DNA of 64,000 nt. It comes from Podarcis erhardii. Taxonomy: Eukaryota. The position numbers were made by a program, and so were the translations under genes. This document shows positions 23,576 to 35,264 of this stretch, in pieces; the first letter of the stretch is position 1, and every line of letters starts with the position of its first letter. The notes below the pieces were generated by a model. That model worked only from the letters and a program-made list of their open reading frames with translations. It had not been told where the DNA came from and did no database searches. The stretch lies in the NCBI GenBank assembly GCA_964252035.1, contig OZ176210.1; one strand, written 5' to 3'.

Positions 23576-23720
23576 TCCTTACGGCGTAAGCTTTGGGTTC
23601 TTCTGCATTCAGGTCAGAAAGGAATTCTGTGACGTCTTCCCAACATCCAAGAGTTATATTTATTGCAACAGAAGCAAAAGGCAGTAAAAGAAGCAGGAGG
23701 AGTTTGAACCCAGAAGCCAT
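23576..23720 (-). CDS. OACYL: OACYL exon 1 (145 nt; signal peptide MASGFKLLLLLLLPFASVA then INITLGCWEDVTEFLSDLNAEEPKAYAVR)
   Basis: Hand translation resembles the start of mouse Oacyl as I recall it (C.QD..EFLSDLN..EPK.YA.R). Donor A|GTAAGT. Confidence 0.88.
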
Positions 23721-23766
23721 TTCTACACCTCGTTTACCTCTAGACTTCTTCCTTTAGGCCTGGCGG

Positions 23767-23774
23767 TATATATA
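23767..23774 (-). promoter_or_regulatory. Candidate TATA box (TATATATA) of OACYL
   Basis: Lies about 47-54 nt upstream of the OACYL ATG at 23720, which implies a short 5' UTR. Confidence 0.45.
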
Positions 23775-24287
23775 ATGGCCTCAAGCCAGTTGCCTTAGGT
23801 GAGAAGACAAGGCAACCGCATCTTAATTGAAAAAGGATCACTTCGCCTTGCAAAACAGATGCAATGCTGTGGAAATTGCACAAATAGCGTGAAAAAGGCT
23901 CTTTGCGCCTCAGTGTTTTCTCAGGTTGGATGTCTTGCTTACTTCCTCTGTGCTTTTTAAAAGCACCTGCTGCAATTTGTTACAGAGATCAAGGCAGGTG
24001 ATTGTTACCTTTCCATGGTGCTCCCTCACCACAATTTCAGAACTATCACGAAAGTATACACTTCCGAAAATTCGACATAGGATTACACACAAAGCTACAG
24101 ACCAGCTTCAAGAATATATCTGAATGAACATATTTGACTGCCTAAAAATGTACTTGATTGTGGTGGCAGGGATAAAGCTTCTGGTTTAGAACAGTGTTTT
24201 GTCTTGGAAGACTGCGATAATGGGAAGGCCATACAAATATAAACAAAACAACAACAATGGAAAGAGTCTTGTAATAAAAAGGTAACC

Positions 24288-24293
24288 TTTATT
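24288..24293 (-). terminator. Candidate distal polyadenylation signal (AATAAA) of ZNF532
   Basis: AATAAA followed on the minus strand by a GU-rich downstream element (ttgttgttgttttgttt, 24241-24257). Confidence 0.5.
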
Positions 24294-24744
24294 ATTCCAT
24301 TCACTTTGTACAAAAAACCCCCCCAAAATAAAACACCATCACTGCATAGTGACTGCCCATTTGTTACACAGGTCAAAAAGTGCACATCGACAAGCGTGAG
24401 GCTGTAAGAGGTACACAGTTTCTTTTTTAAAAAAAGTTTTAAAAGGCAGTGACAAGCTAGTATACATCACTGACAGAAGTGTAACAGGATCCTGCATATT
24501 CAGCTACAGGGTAGAATCAAGACGTTGTCCATAACCTCCCGATATTTGATGAGTATAAAAAGAGGGAGAAAAGGAATAACAAGCATTCACTGGTCATCAT
24601 CAACGAAGCGAAGAACAAATAATGTTCAGCTACTGAGAACTCGTTTTGCTTCTGACAGAATATCCGGAAAAAACGTTAGAAGATGGCAAGGAATCTGGAG
24701 GCACCTTAAAGGCTAACACGGCTTTCTTGCCAACAGAGTGTTTT

Positions 24745-24873
24745 GGCCTACAGCTCAGTCGATAGAGACTCTTAAATCCCAGGGTCGTGGGTTCGAGTTT
24801 TACGTTGGGCAAAAGGGGGTTGAACTAGATGACCCTCATGGTCCCTTCGAACTCTCCGGTTCTATGGGTTCTA
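24745..24873 (+). mobile_element. Short tRNA-Lys-derived SINE (same family as 52006)
   Basis: Degenerate tRNA head plus ggtcccttcgaactc...ttctatg tail. Confidence 0.65.
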
Positions 24874-25280
24874 ACTCCCATCAGCCCCCTGCCAGTATAG
24901 ACTATGCCAGCTGGGGCTGATGGGAATGGCAGGCCAAAGCATCTAGAAACCTCCAAGCTGGCAACTTATGATTAAAGTGCCACACAAGGCTTTTGGATAT
25001 TTTTTGCTGCAAAAGATTTAACACAGCTACTACCCCCTTTGGACACCAGTGGATCAGTATTTCCTCTGCTCAATAAATAATGGAATATCACAATTCTTTA
25101 GGGGCAAAAGAGAGGTGGGAGGGGGAGCCCCACATTTATTTACATACAACATGTGTCTTCATACAAGTAACTATGGACAAATGTATAATTCCCGAGAGCA
25201 GCGACGACTTCCCTTGGTTTTCAAGAATGGAACGTTTAACTACAGTATAATCATGCAGTTTTCTTTCTCTCTCTCCCCCT

Positions 25281-25341
25281 ATACATACATACATACATAT
25301 ATATATTTATATATACATACATACATACATACGTACATACA
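25281..25341. repeat. (ATAC)n/(AT)n compound microsatellite
   Basis: Direct reading. Confidence 0.9.
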
Positions 25342-25929
25342 CTGAACATTTTGTTTTCAATGTGTTTTTCCCCCCTCTAAAAAAGTACAAAATTGGGTTC
25401 AGGGAATACATATGTGGTATAAAAGCAACCCACAAAAATCCAAACTAGTGTAAGAAGGGCAGCGCATGGAACCTCTTCTGTACTTCCATAAAAACATGAG
25501 TTACTGATAGAAGGTACATTCTGAGGTGTTCCTCACCTCCAAAAGCACCATACTTTCCTAAGAGGAGACTGACAGTGTTTGGGAAATGCAAATCAAAAGG
25601 TGCTAAATTAACAGGTTTATGCCACGAGAGAAGGAGGAGGAGGAAGTATCAGCACATAGTGCAAGATCGTAAACCTGCCTCCGAAGGGTGTCTCCTGTTA
25701 ACAGCCACACAAATCCAACAAGGTGGTGCAGCTGGCTTGTACACAGAGCACCTCAGGCGCACGTTCTGTCACAAACCAGGCGGAGCTTTTCGCACATGAG
25801 GGCTCCGTACGGAGCATTTGCCAGCCCAGAAGAAAACGGATACACTGGCGGCGCTTTGAACATTTAATTTCTGCAGATACCTGGTTCGTGGCCACCAGCT
25901 GCACTTTTTTGCAAGTTGACTTATATATA

Positions 25930-26153
25930 CAGTGGTACCTCAGGTTACATACACTTCAGGTTAGACTCCGCTAACCCAGAAATAGTATCTCGGGTTAAGA
26001 ACTTTGCTTCAGGATGAGAACAGAAATCGTGCTCCGCCGGCGCAGCAGCAGCGGGAGGCCCCATTAGCTAAAGTGGTGCTTCAGGTTAAGAACAGTTTCA
26101 GGTTAAGAACGGACCTCTGGAACGAATTAAGTATGTAACCAGAGGTACCACTG
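25930..26153. mobile_element. Tc1/mariner (Tigger-like) MITE, 224 bp
   Basis: TA|cagtggtacctc ... gaggtaccactg|TA. Confidence 0.88.
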
Positions 26154-26697
26154 TACTTTGCAGGCATCTTGGGGCTGATTTTTTTTGTAAGAGGCACAGT
26201 CTTGTGGGTGTCTGTTAAAACTCGCATGGGGATGTGAGTGCGTGGCATGGACAAATGCATGGAGAAAGCTGCTTTAAATGCTGAAAATAAAACTAGAAGA
26301 TCTTAAGATCTAGTCCAGCATCCTGTTCTCACAGTGGCCAACCAAATGCCTATGGGAAACCTGCCAGCACAAGCGTACTCTCCCCTTCTGCAGTTTCCAG
26401 GAACTGGTATCCAGAAGCACTATTGGCTTCAACCATGATGACAGAGCAAAGCCATTGAGGCTGGAAACCACTGACAACCTTCTACAAATCCTTGCTAATT
26501 CCATAACCATGAGATCTAGCAACGTGGTGTGTATTTTTAAATACAGGCCACCAGCTTCCCCATTAATCTCAAATACTCCACCACGTAACACATTTTGGTA
26601 GAGAATTTGGGCGATCTGGGAACTGCATAACACTGAGCTAACACTATTTGTCCCAAGAGACTCTGGGTGCAATTCAGAGTAGACGAGAGCGTACGTT

Positions 26698-26905
26698 TAG
26701 TGCAGAGGGTTAAGACTATGAGCTGAGAAACCCCACGTTCAAATCTTGCCTTAAATATGAGCTCTGTCCCCACACATGCAGCCATCTGCAATGTGGGGAT
26801 GATAATAATAACAATAATAATAATAATACTGACCTACCTTACAAGGTTGTTGTAAGGATTACTGAGATAATTTATGTGAAGCACTCTGAACACTCCAAAA
26901 CATTT
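26698..26905 (+). mobile_element. Old CORE/MIR-like SINE
   Basis: Core-like ggggatgataata...cctaccttacaaggttgttgtaaggattactgagataat; contains an expanded (AAT)n. Confidence 0.6.
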
Positions 26906-28081
26906 TCTAATTGCTGGTATGGTCCAGAACCTTTAAGAAATCTATGAGATGTGTGAATTACACAGCAGGCCTCGTTCTTTTTCATTTTTTTAAAAAAAAG
27001 AAATTACATTTTAGCTGCAAAATTAGAACTACTATGTAGGTAGTATTATTCACGTATAGAACAGTTTCATTATTCAGAGTGCTTCATGGTCCTTCATCTT
27101 TATGGAGTGCAGCATGGTACTATATGATGGCGCTCTGAAAAAGACTCACAGTGCTCAAATAGTACCTTTTCCATCTATCACCTTGGCAACATACCTCTCA
27201 GTTCATATTTCTGTGATTGCTTGCCCCTGAATGCATTTCCTCCTCATACATGTAAACCGAGAAGCTAAAACAAGCTGAAAGCAACAAAAAGAGGTGCTTG
27301 GCTTCTGTCTGTGTTAACCAGAAGACAAACAACCTTGAAAATAGTAACCGTGTAGTTCAGAATTCCAAACTTTACTCGAGTAATTGGAGAGCGAGACCAA
27401 GAGACTGTGAGGAAGGAAGGGCACATGAAGCTGAAACTCACTAGGTGGCCAATTCAGAGGAACACACTAGAAATCAGCTCACTCCTCTGTATTCCTAAGT
27501 GCACAAACCAACCGTTGCAAACCAGAACCATCCTCAAATACACATTAAAGCATTGACCTGGTTTGCACATAATGCTAAACCATGGTTTGCTGAACAATGG
27601 CATAGTGTTGTCTGAAGCCTGCCCAGCAGCTTAACTATATTTTGGTTATCTATTTTTTTTTCCTTCTGCCAGCAAAACACGGTCTGAAGCAATGGTTAGT
27701 TGCTAGCTTACGAACATTTGGTTTGTTGTAGATCTGGCTTGGCATCACATATGACTCCAGTGCCCTTCCTCAATCATAGTTTGTTTGGCCACCCTGTCTC
27801 AGAAGCTCATCAATCATTAAGAGTTCACTCAAGCCTCAGATTAAAACACAGCACCAGAGGCAAGTCCCATTGCTTGCTATGAAGGCCTGCATTATGTATA
27901 CGCTGCATCAACAAAAACTGAATTCTGCCACCTGTGTAAGTGATGCAAATTACTTATACTCATATACCTTGCATGATTTAAAATGTCTCTCCTAGTCACA
28001 GCGAGTGGCAAAGAACCACCCTATACACAGGAACACCATTTCCTAGTGGCTAGAGCCTAGCTGCAGGAAATCCTGTTCATA

Positions 28082-28456
28082 CAGTGGTACCTCGCAAGAC
28101 GAAATTAATTCATTCTGCGAGTTTTTTCGTCTTGCGATTTTTTCCTCTTGCGAAGCACGGATTTTGGAAAAGCTTCAAAAATCACCAAAGTCTTCAAAAA
28201 CCTCAAAAAAGGCTACCACACCGCGTGCTATGAGTTGCTCCTCGAAGTCAAGTCGCAACTGCACCCCCTGAATGCACGGTTTTAAGAAAAAGGAAACAAA
28301 CTTGCAAGACAAAGGAAGCAAACTTGCAAGACGTTTTCGTCTTGCGAAGCAAGCCCATAGAGAAATTCGTCTTGCGAAGCAACTAAAAAAACAAAAAACT
28401 CTTTCGTCTTGCGAGTTTTTCGTCTTACGAGGCATTCGTCTTGCGAGGTACCACTG
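28082..28456. mobile_element. Tc1/mariner MITE with subterminal cgtcttgcga repeats, 375 bp
   Basis: TA TSD; TIR cagtggtacctcgcaagacg; same family as 47975 and 48419. Confidence 0.88.
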
Positions 28457-30564
28457 TACTGTCCTTTGGCTTCTGAGAATGTAACAGCCATCCTCTGAGA
28501 ACTAGAGAGTTGCTTTAAAAAGAGTAAAACAAGAGTATTTCAAACGATACAGGATTCTGTGCCAGGTGCCCTCTTTATAACAACTGCTTAATACTGTTTA
28601 TGCAACAGAACTGCTGAATATGTTAAGAACTGCTGCTTCCTACACACAGCACTGCACTAAATCCCTCTTGTTCCCACAGTCCATGCTATTCCCAAATCAC
28701 ATAACAGGAACCGATATAAGAACACCATGGTTTGCAAGGCTCACTGTCTTGCGGTGGTCACACTACTGGCCCGATCTTTAGAGCAGCCTTCCCTGTGGTC
28801 CAGATCATTATAACTCTCAGCATCTCCCAGGGCTGGGCCTTGCTGGCTGAGACTGATGGGACTGTGCCAGCTTTGGCAGGTGGGCAGGGCAAACCCCCCC
28901 CCTGTCAATTATATGACTGCCCTACCCACCTGTCCAAATTATGGACTGCCCTACCCACCTGTCCAAATCCCTTGTCCTTGCTTTAAGACTTCCTATGTGA
29001 GCATGGGAACGTGGGGACCAAGTGCTCTTTGCAGAACTCTACCCGGAAGAGGAAGGCAGCTCTAGAAAGCCTCCCAGATTCCTGGTTGTGCATTTTGGTG
29101 TCCGATCTAGTCTACGTTTCAATAAGCAATGGAAACAAAATCTGTAGGAGAGGGAAGCAAAGCGAATCAGGTAGCAGGTGACAGAAAATACCCTTTTTTC
29201 TGCCTGAGATCCTGGTAAAGCTGTTGCGAAACAAGAGGAGACAATACTGGGCTAAATGGATGCATAGTCTGACCTACAGGGTGTTAGCTTTTCAAAGGGG
29301 GCTACAAATTTATCCTACGCCTACAAGCACCTGATCTGACATAAAACTGGCACCGCCTACCATATTATGCAAGCATCCAGGCTTCAGCCTTCTCCGTCAA
29401 ACAAAAAACACATCATTTCACGGGTTTTTCAATGTAGTGTTTAAGAAATGACACGGCACACGGTCCTTCTCCCTGCCTCTCCACCCTTGTAAACTCAATT
29501 CACAGTACTCTACATATTTGTTTAACTGGGAGCAGCTAAGCGGCAAAATACTGAAGCACCTCAGCAAGGCTTTCGAAAGAGTCCAAGGACCTCTCTCAAA
29601 AGTGCAGTGGAGGAGAGCAAAAGAGCATGATGCTTAAAACACAAGCAGCACAGACCCTCCAGGAGATTCCTTACACGTAAGCAGTGATGAAAAGGAAGGA
29701 TAGCGCTTAGGGGCTGCTCCCATTATTTCAGGGGGGCTTTTCTGCAGGAAACTGCAGCTGGGTTCTGTAGCCAATGTGTTGTCTACACACAGAAATGCCC
29801 TCTCACATTAATACGGGAAGATCTTCCAAAAAAGGACCTCATGCAAGAGGCCATAATAAAATTATTCTAAATCCTCCTGATCTTTAAGAACGTTATTTGG
29901 GGGCATAAATCCAGTGGACCACTCAGTAACTACAAAGCAATCAGACAAACAAACAAGCGACTTGTCTTTCATTTATCTTCTTTTAACTTTTGTTTTCTAG
30001 TGCACTTTTGTCAATCCTCCCCTGGGTGTATATATATATATATATTCGTAGGCTTTCTCGTGACTTCAATGTTGAGGTGTGTGAGCCACCACAATGTGCA
30101 ACGTTTCCACACACACAACGCTGGAAATTTCAGAAACTCTAGATCGTGGGCAGTCCAATGACACATGGTACAGCTCCTTACCATGCCAGAATTAACCACG
30201 GTTTCCAGGAAGGATGATGGTAACATGGAAAAGAGCTGGGCGAATCATGGCTCTTCCCATATGACCTCTACCATGATCATAGAGTTATGGGACAGACGGG
30301 CGTGTTCCCTTGATGTTTTAGTGACATCAGAAAGGGACCACCCCCACAAAGCGGTTTAATGGAAACCTAAGCAATGCCCTAATATGAAGAACTCTGTTTT
30401 AAAACAAACTTGCTGTCCGGAAAAAACAAACAAAAACAACTGACCAAAACCGAAAAACAAAACGGAACAAGGATTTCCCACTAAATACCAATACCAACAC
30501 ATAACAAAGAGTATAAAAATTATCTGTTTAAATATATACAAACTCTGTTCAACTCAAATACTGC

Positions 30565-30570
30565 TTTATT
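30565..30570 (-). terminator. Candidate proximal polyadenylation signal (AATAAA) of ZNF532
   Basis: tttatt on the plus strand, about 310 nt past the stop codon; TG/T-rich sequence follows on the minus strand. Confidence 0.4.
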
Positions 30571-30877
30571 TCACGTGGAGTGTTTTTGTTTTTTTTTTTA
30601 AAAAAAAGTCTTTAGGGGGGTTATATATATCTATGTATATATATATTTCTCTATATATCTCTCTCTCTAGCGATGAGGTGAAGAAGATATTATTTTCAGT
30701 ACAGAATATATTGCAACAGCGTGTGAAGAGCTGTTATCTCCATTGTGTGGCAGGTTTTCTGTACCAAAAATGAATGAATGAAAGAAAGACAGGTCAGTCG
30801 CGTTCTGAAGTAGAGAAGGCTTCTTCTTCTTTCTCTCACTTTTGGGATATGCGTGTGGGGTGGGAGGGATAGGCGGG

Positions 30878-31372
30878 TCATTTTTCAGACGAGCTCATTC
30901 TTTTGGATTTAATGAAGGCCATTCCATGTGTTCGCATGTGGGTGTTTAAGGCCGCTTCTGTTTCAAAGGTCTTTGCGCAAACTTTGCACTTCCTGTCGGA
31001 CACGGCACTGTCAGACGACTCCTCCTCGCGGCTGGGCTTGTTCTCCTGTTGGCTGTCTTCCCCCGACCCATTTTGTTTCGAGACGGGCTGGGGCTCCTTC
31101 AGCTTGTGTACGATGAAGAGATGCCGGGAGAGGGAGACGTGGGAGGTGTAGCAGAGGCCACATTCCCTGCACTGGTACGAAGAGCCGTCAGATTTGTGCT
31201 GGGGAATATGTTCGTGGAACTGAAGGAGGTTCTCAGTCGTGAAGCCGCAGACTGCGCACTTGTGGACTTTGAAAACGTTGATCTTTAGCTTCTTCAGCGG
31301 CTGAGTGATGGCGCCTCGAGGGGGCCTGAATTCCAGCACAGGCTCTTCCAATTTACGCTTCGGACTGGGAAC
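30878..31372 (-). CDS. ZNF532: ZNF532 last coding exon (164 aa + TGA; VPSPKRK...SKRMSSSEK*)
   Basis: acttcag|GTT acceptor; C-terminal C2H2 fingers; stop at 30878-30880. Confidence 0.97.
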   Translation of the reverse strand, partial: VPSPKRKLEEPVLEFRPPRGAITQPLKKLKINVFKVHKCAVCGFTTENLLQFHEHIPQHKSDGSSYQCRECGLCYTSHVSLSRHLFIVHKLKEPQPVSKQNGSGEDSQQENKPSREEESSDSAVSDRKCKVCAKTFETEAALNTHMRTHGMAFIKSKRMSSSEK

Positions 31373-32396
31373 CTGAAGTTGGAACAAATCAGTTTTAAAA
31401 TAAACAACCCAGCTACGATCATGTAGCTATTCTCATGAATGTTCACTGCTTCTGCACTAGAAATAAGTGTGTGCATTGAGCCAAGGTACTTCAAGGCTCA
31501 GCACGGTGCACAACCCAAAATTGCACAACCCAAAGCGTCTGTAACCCGAGGTATGACTGAACTTCCATTCACATGCCACCCTTTCTTCCATGATGGAACC
31601 CAAAGCTTCCAGGCCTGCTTAGCATCAACAGGCTAATGGTCTCACCAAGAGTGTGTTTTTTCCAGCCAGAGCCCCCAAACAACAACTCCTGGCGCTGAGT
31701 CCTGGCACAAACTAAAGTCCAAACGAAAGACCTTTCTCCTCCTCCTCCTTCCTCCTCACCCCCCAAACCTGACATGGCCATGCCATTGCTCCTCAACGTG
31801 GGCAGAGGCAGCGGTGGGCGATGCCCAAGCCAACCCAGAGGCAACCCAGAAGGCATCCCTTCTTCCTCCTTGCTCCGGCTGCTCTAGCAGGAGGCGGCAC
31901 AGAGGCCTGCGGAGCTGGAGGAAGCGAGGAGGGAGAGAGAGGGCAGAGGGGAAGCCAGGCCATGGCATGAGGGGATTACTGTGAGGAGGAGGAGGACGAG
32001 GAGGAGGAAGAGGAGGCAGGGGGGCTGAGAGGGGGGCCTCCCTGTAGACCTGGGGGTAAAGATGGGTAAACAAATGAGGGCCAGGATAGATAGCAAGGGT
32101 CTGTGATGCCTAATAATAATAATAATAATAATAATAGTTTTATTTATATCCTGCCCTCCACTGCCAAAGCTGGGCTCAGCGGCTAACAACAATAAAAGTA
32201 ACACTTTCCAATCTCCTTAAATAGGCCACAAAACCCTTTTTACGTTGGAGGTGCTTTCTTCACTTTTCCCCTCAAAAGACAAAAGAAGCTTCAAGTCTCC
32301 CAACTCTTATTTGTTGAGAGGACACAGAAGTTTATTCAGCTGGTATTCCATGTTTCTTTTTTAAAGACCAGGACTTGCATACAACTAAGAGCTCAC

Positions 32397-32544
32397 CTTC
32401 GCGTCTTCTTTTACGGCGCTTTGTCCTACATTGCTTGATTCTGTCATCTCTTTCACATCAGGCTCTTTGATGCCGTGCATCAGCTGAATATGCTTTTCGA
32501 GCATCAACCGCTTGGTAAAAGTACGCCTTGAATCCGGACAGTGC
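32397..32544 (-). CDS. ZNF532: ZNF532 coding exon 7 (148 nt; HCPDSRRTF...KEDAK)
   Basis: catgcag|G acceptor, AAG|GTGAGC donor. Confidence 0.96.
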
Positions 32545-33873
32545 CTGCATGAATAAAATGCATAGCAGACCATCAACAGTTATGATCAACTAGTTGGCAC
32601 TAACAGTATTTGCACAGGTGCTCAAGTGCCTGCCCTTAAAATGGGTGAACATGGCTAACTCACATCTTACTGATTTCAATGGGTGTACTCAAAAATATAA
32701 TTTACTTCTGTAAAAGTCGGTGAGGCAATATAGGCCTTCAGCTTGCCAGGTCTTTATTTGGAAGGTTTGGGGATGCAGGATGGAATAGTGGGTGGTGGGC
32801 CGGGAAAATTAGTGGGAATGGGGCCAGTTTTCCTGCTTTTTCCTTGAACCTGGTTAGTGTTGTGGGAATTTTCCTTGGTTTGTTTTGGAGGAATGGGTAC
32901 ACTAGAGGAGGGCTTTTTCCGATGTTATCTATCTCCATTTGCACCCATTGTTTTGTTTCGTCTTCTAGGATGTATGGGATTACATCGCACTTGGTTAGCG
33001 AACGTAAACAAACTGTGGAAAAGACTCTATGAACCGAAAATAGAGATGCTATATGTACTTTCCTTTGTTTTGCAACACAAGTAAATCTTTAAAACACACA
33101 CATACACGTTTTACTTGGATTCAACCTGATGAACAATAGGAGCACTCTCTCTTACACATACATACACCCAGGCTATTTTAACTTATTTGATGCATAAAAA
33201 GCAGCTTGACTGCTGTCACCTATTTTATCCAGCAACAAGCTACCTTAGGAAACAGCTGGGTGCATTCCAGGACACACTTCTGGTTTCAGTACTGTCACCA
33301 CACACGTGCTGAGAACGCACTTTAGCAATTGTCCCATAATCCTCTACAACCAAGGGTACATAATGTGGTGCCCACTAGACGTTTGAAACCACAACGAGTC
33401 CTCCAGACGTTCTGGGCTCCTACGGGGCCCAGTCAGCATGGCTGATGGCAGGGATGATGGGATTTGTAGTCCAGAACATCTGCAGGGCACCGTGTCGGCT
33501 AGCCCTCCTCTGTGGCAGGCAGTCTTACATGACAGACAAGCACGGGGTTCTGTAGAACCTTGTTCTTCAACTCTGGGTCCTCACATGCTGCAGGACTCCA
33601 GCTTCCACCATTCCCGACAACTGGCAAAGCTAGCTGAAAATGATGGGCATTGTAGTCCAATGACATTTGGGGACCAAAAGGTTGAAGAACACTGTGTGGC
33701 TCCACCTGGAGACTCATTTCCTCTAAAGAGTAGGCTGAAATGTGAGCAGATTGTCTCCAGATATGCTACCTGGCCTCTCAATGAGAGAAGGGCAGGTTGT
33801 TGTTGTTTTTTAAAAGGTCTAAGAATTATTATAACAAACATAGTTGCGCAGAACTCTAAAAAGCAGAACTTAC

Positions 33874-33986
33874 GAGCAGGTATAAACTTTCCTAATGCCT
33901 TTGTGCTTGATACGATTGTGGCGGCAAAGGCTGTGCGAGGAACTGAAGGATTTGTCGCACTGTCGGCAAGGATGCTTCTTCATTTG
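33874..33986 (-). CDS. ZNF532: ZNF532 coding exon 6 (113 nt; QMKKHPCRQCDKSF...VYTC)
   Basis: ctttaaag|CAA acceptor, TC|GTAAGT donor; C2H2 finger. Confidence 0.96.
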
Positions 33987-34125
33987 CTTTAAAGAAAGGA
34001 AGCCAAAACGTTTTTTTAAAAAGGAGGTACATTACAATATGTGCCAGTTAACTTAAAACTTTACCTTAAACAAAGCAATGTCGCGAGCATGACGCATCCC
34101 AGGGCACCGTTATGACGTGATGTGT

Positions 34126-34140
34126 CCACCAGAGGGAGCA
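34126..34140 (+). promoter_or_regulatory. Candidate CTCF motif CCACCAGAGGGAGCA
   Basis: Matches the consensus CCASYAGRKGGCRS at 13/14 positions; motif match only. Confidence 0.45.
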
Positions 34141-34851
34141 GGGCTGGGTTGTACAGCGAATTATTTCTAGAAAGCAATGGAAGGCACTTCTCCCTTACTA
34201 ATTCTGATCCAGTATAGGTAGCCTGATGGCTCTACAAACACAATGCATTGAAAGACCTACTTGTGCGGTTTCCCAGATTTGCAATTACCAGTTGCAGCTG
34301 CTCTGCCTAGCCCCCTAGAAGTCAATCGAGGGGGGGAAATTAACCAGGCAAAATGGAAATCAGCTAACGAGAGGAGGAATGGCGTCGTACACAAAAGCCA
34401 GCTGTTAAATGCAGGGCAACATATGGAGGGATACATGTGCATTATTTCCATGCCCTATGCTCAGATCTTCCTGAACAGGTGGCTCACACACCTGTCATTT
34501 GACTCACAAGACCTATGGACCATTGTGTCTGTCCCCCCCCCTCCCCAATCCAAAATAAGTGGGGACTAGCCAATGGCTATGAGCCATGACGGATACATGG
34601 AACCTCCATGTGCAGGAGGAGAAGCCTGCCTCGGAGTATGAGATGCTGAGGACATACAGCAGTTCTTGCACTGCTCTGTGAGTCCCAGAAGGGTCTAACT
34701 GGTTGCTGGACCGCAATGGAAGGAGGTCTGTGTCCAGCAAGTTATGTGATGCTCTTAACCAGTCCACCTGCGGGACACGGATCCATCACTGGCATTCCTC
34801 GCCTCTGGCTGACGAGCTTGCTAGGCCCAAGCCAAACCCAAGGTTGCTAGG

Positions 34852-35264
34852 TGTCAGGGAACTGACATCAGAGCGAGAGGCGGAGGCAGGGCTCCAGAGC
34901 GATGCCGGAGAGGGGACCAGCAGAGGGGAAGGAATTCAGCGTAACACCAGTAGAGAAGAGAGGGAGATGGAGGAATTGGAGACAGGTCTCCAAGACCCTT
35001 CACCAGAGACTAGTGGGGAGAGCGCTGACACGCCCCTGCCTTCCCCTTACTTGCGCAGACGAGTTCCGCGCAGGGAAAGTAGGAGGAGACTTAGCGTCAA
35101 ACAGCTCTTATGCTGGAAGAGGTTCAAGAAACGCCCACTGACGGATTCTGCGAGTGACTGACCGGTCACGGAGTGTGGGCTGTCAGCCAAAGCATGGTTG
35201 GCCAGGCAATCTAACTAAAACTGAAGGCAACGTACGCACAAGTAACCCCCTTACAACCATTACA
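34852..35264 (+). mobile_element. Solo LTR-like element (413 bp) with 5-bp TSD CTAGG
   Basis: TGTCAGG...CATTACA termini; ctagg at 34847-34851 and 35265-35269. Confidence 0.72.

Noticed and set aside
23659-23664. AATAAA as a possible ZNF532 poly(A) signal
   Set aside because: It lies inside OACYL coding exon 1 (GCA ATA AAT) and has no GU-rich downstream element.
28082-28456. Regularly repeated cgtcttgcga units resembling a CRISPR array
   Set aside because: They are subterminal repeats inside a TIR/TA-bounded MITE in a vertebrate genome, with irregular spacing and no cas genes.
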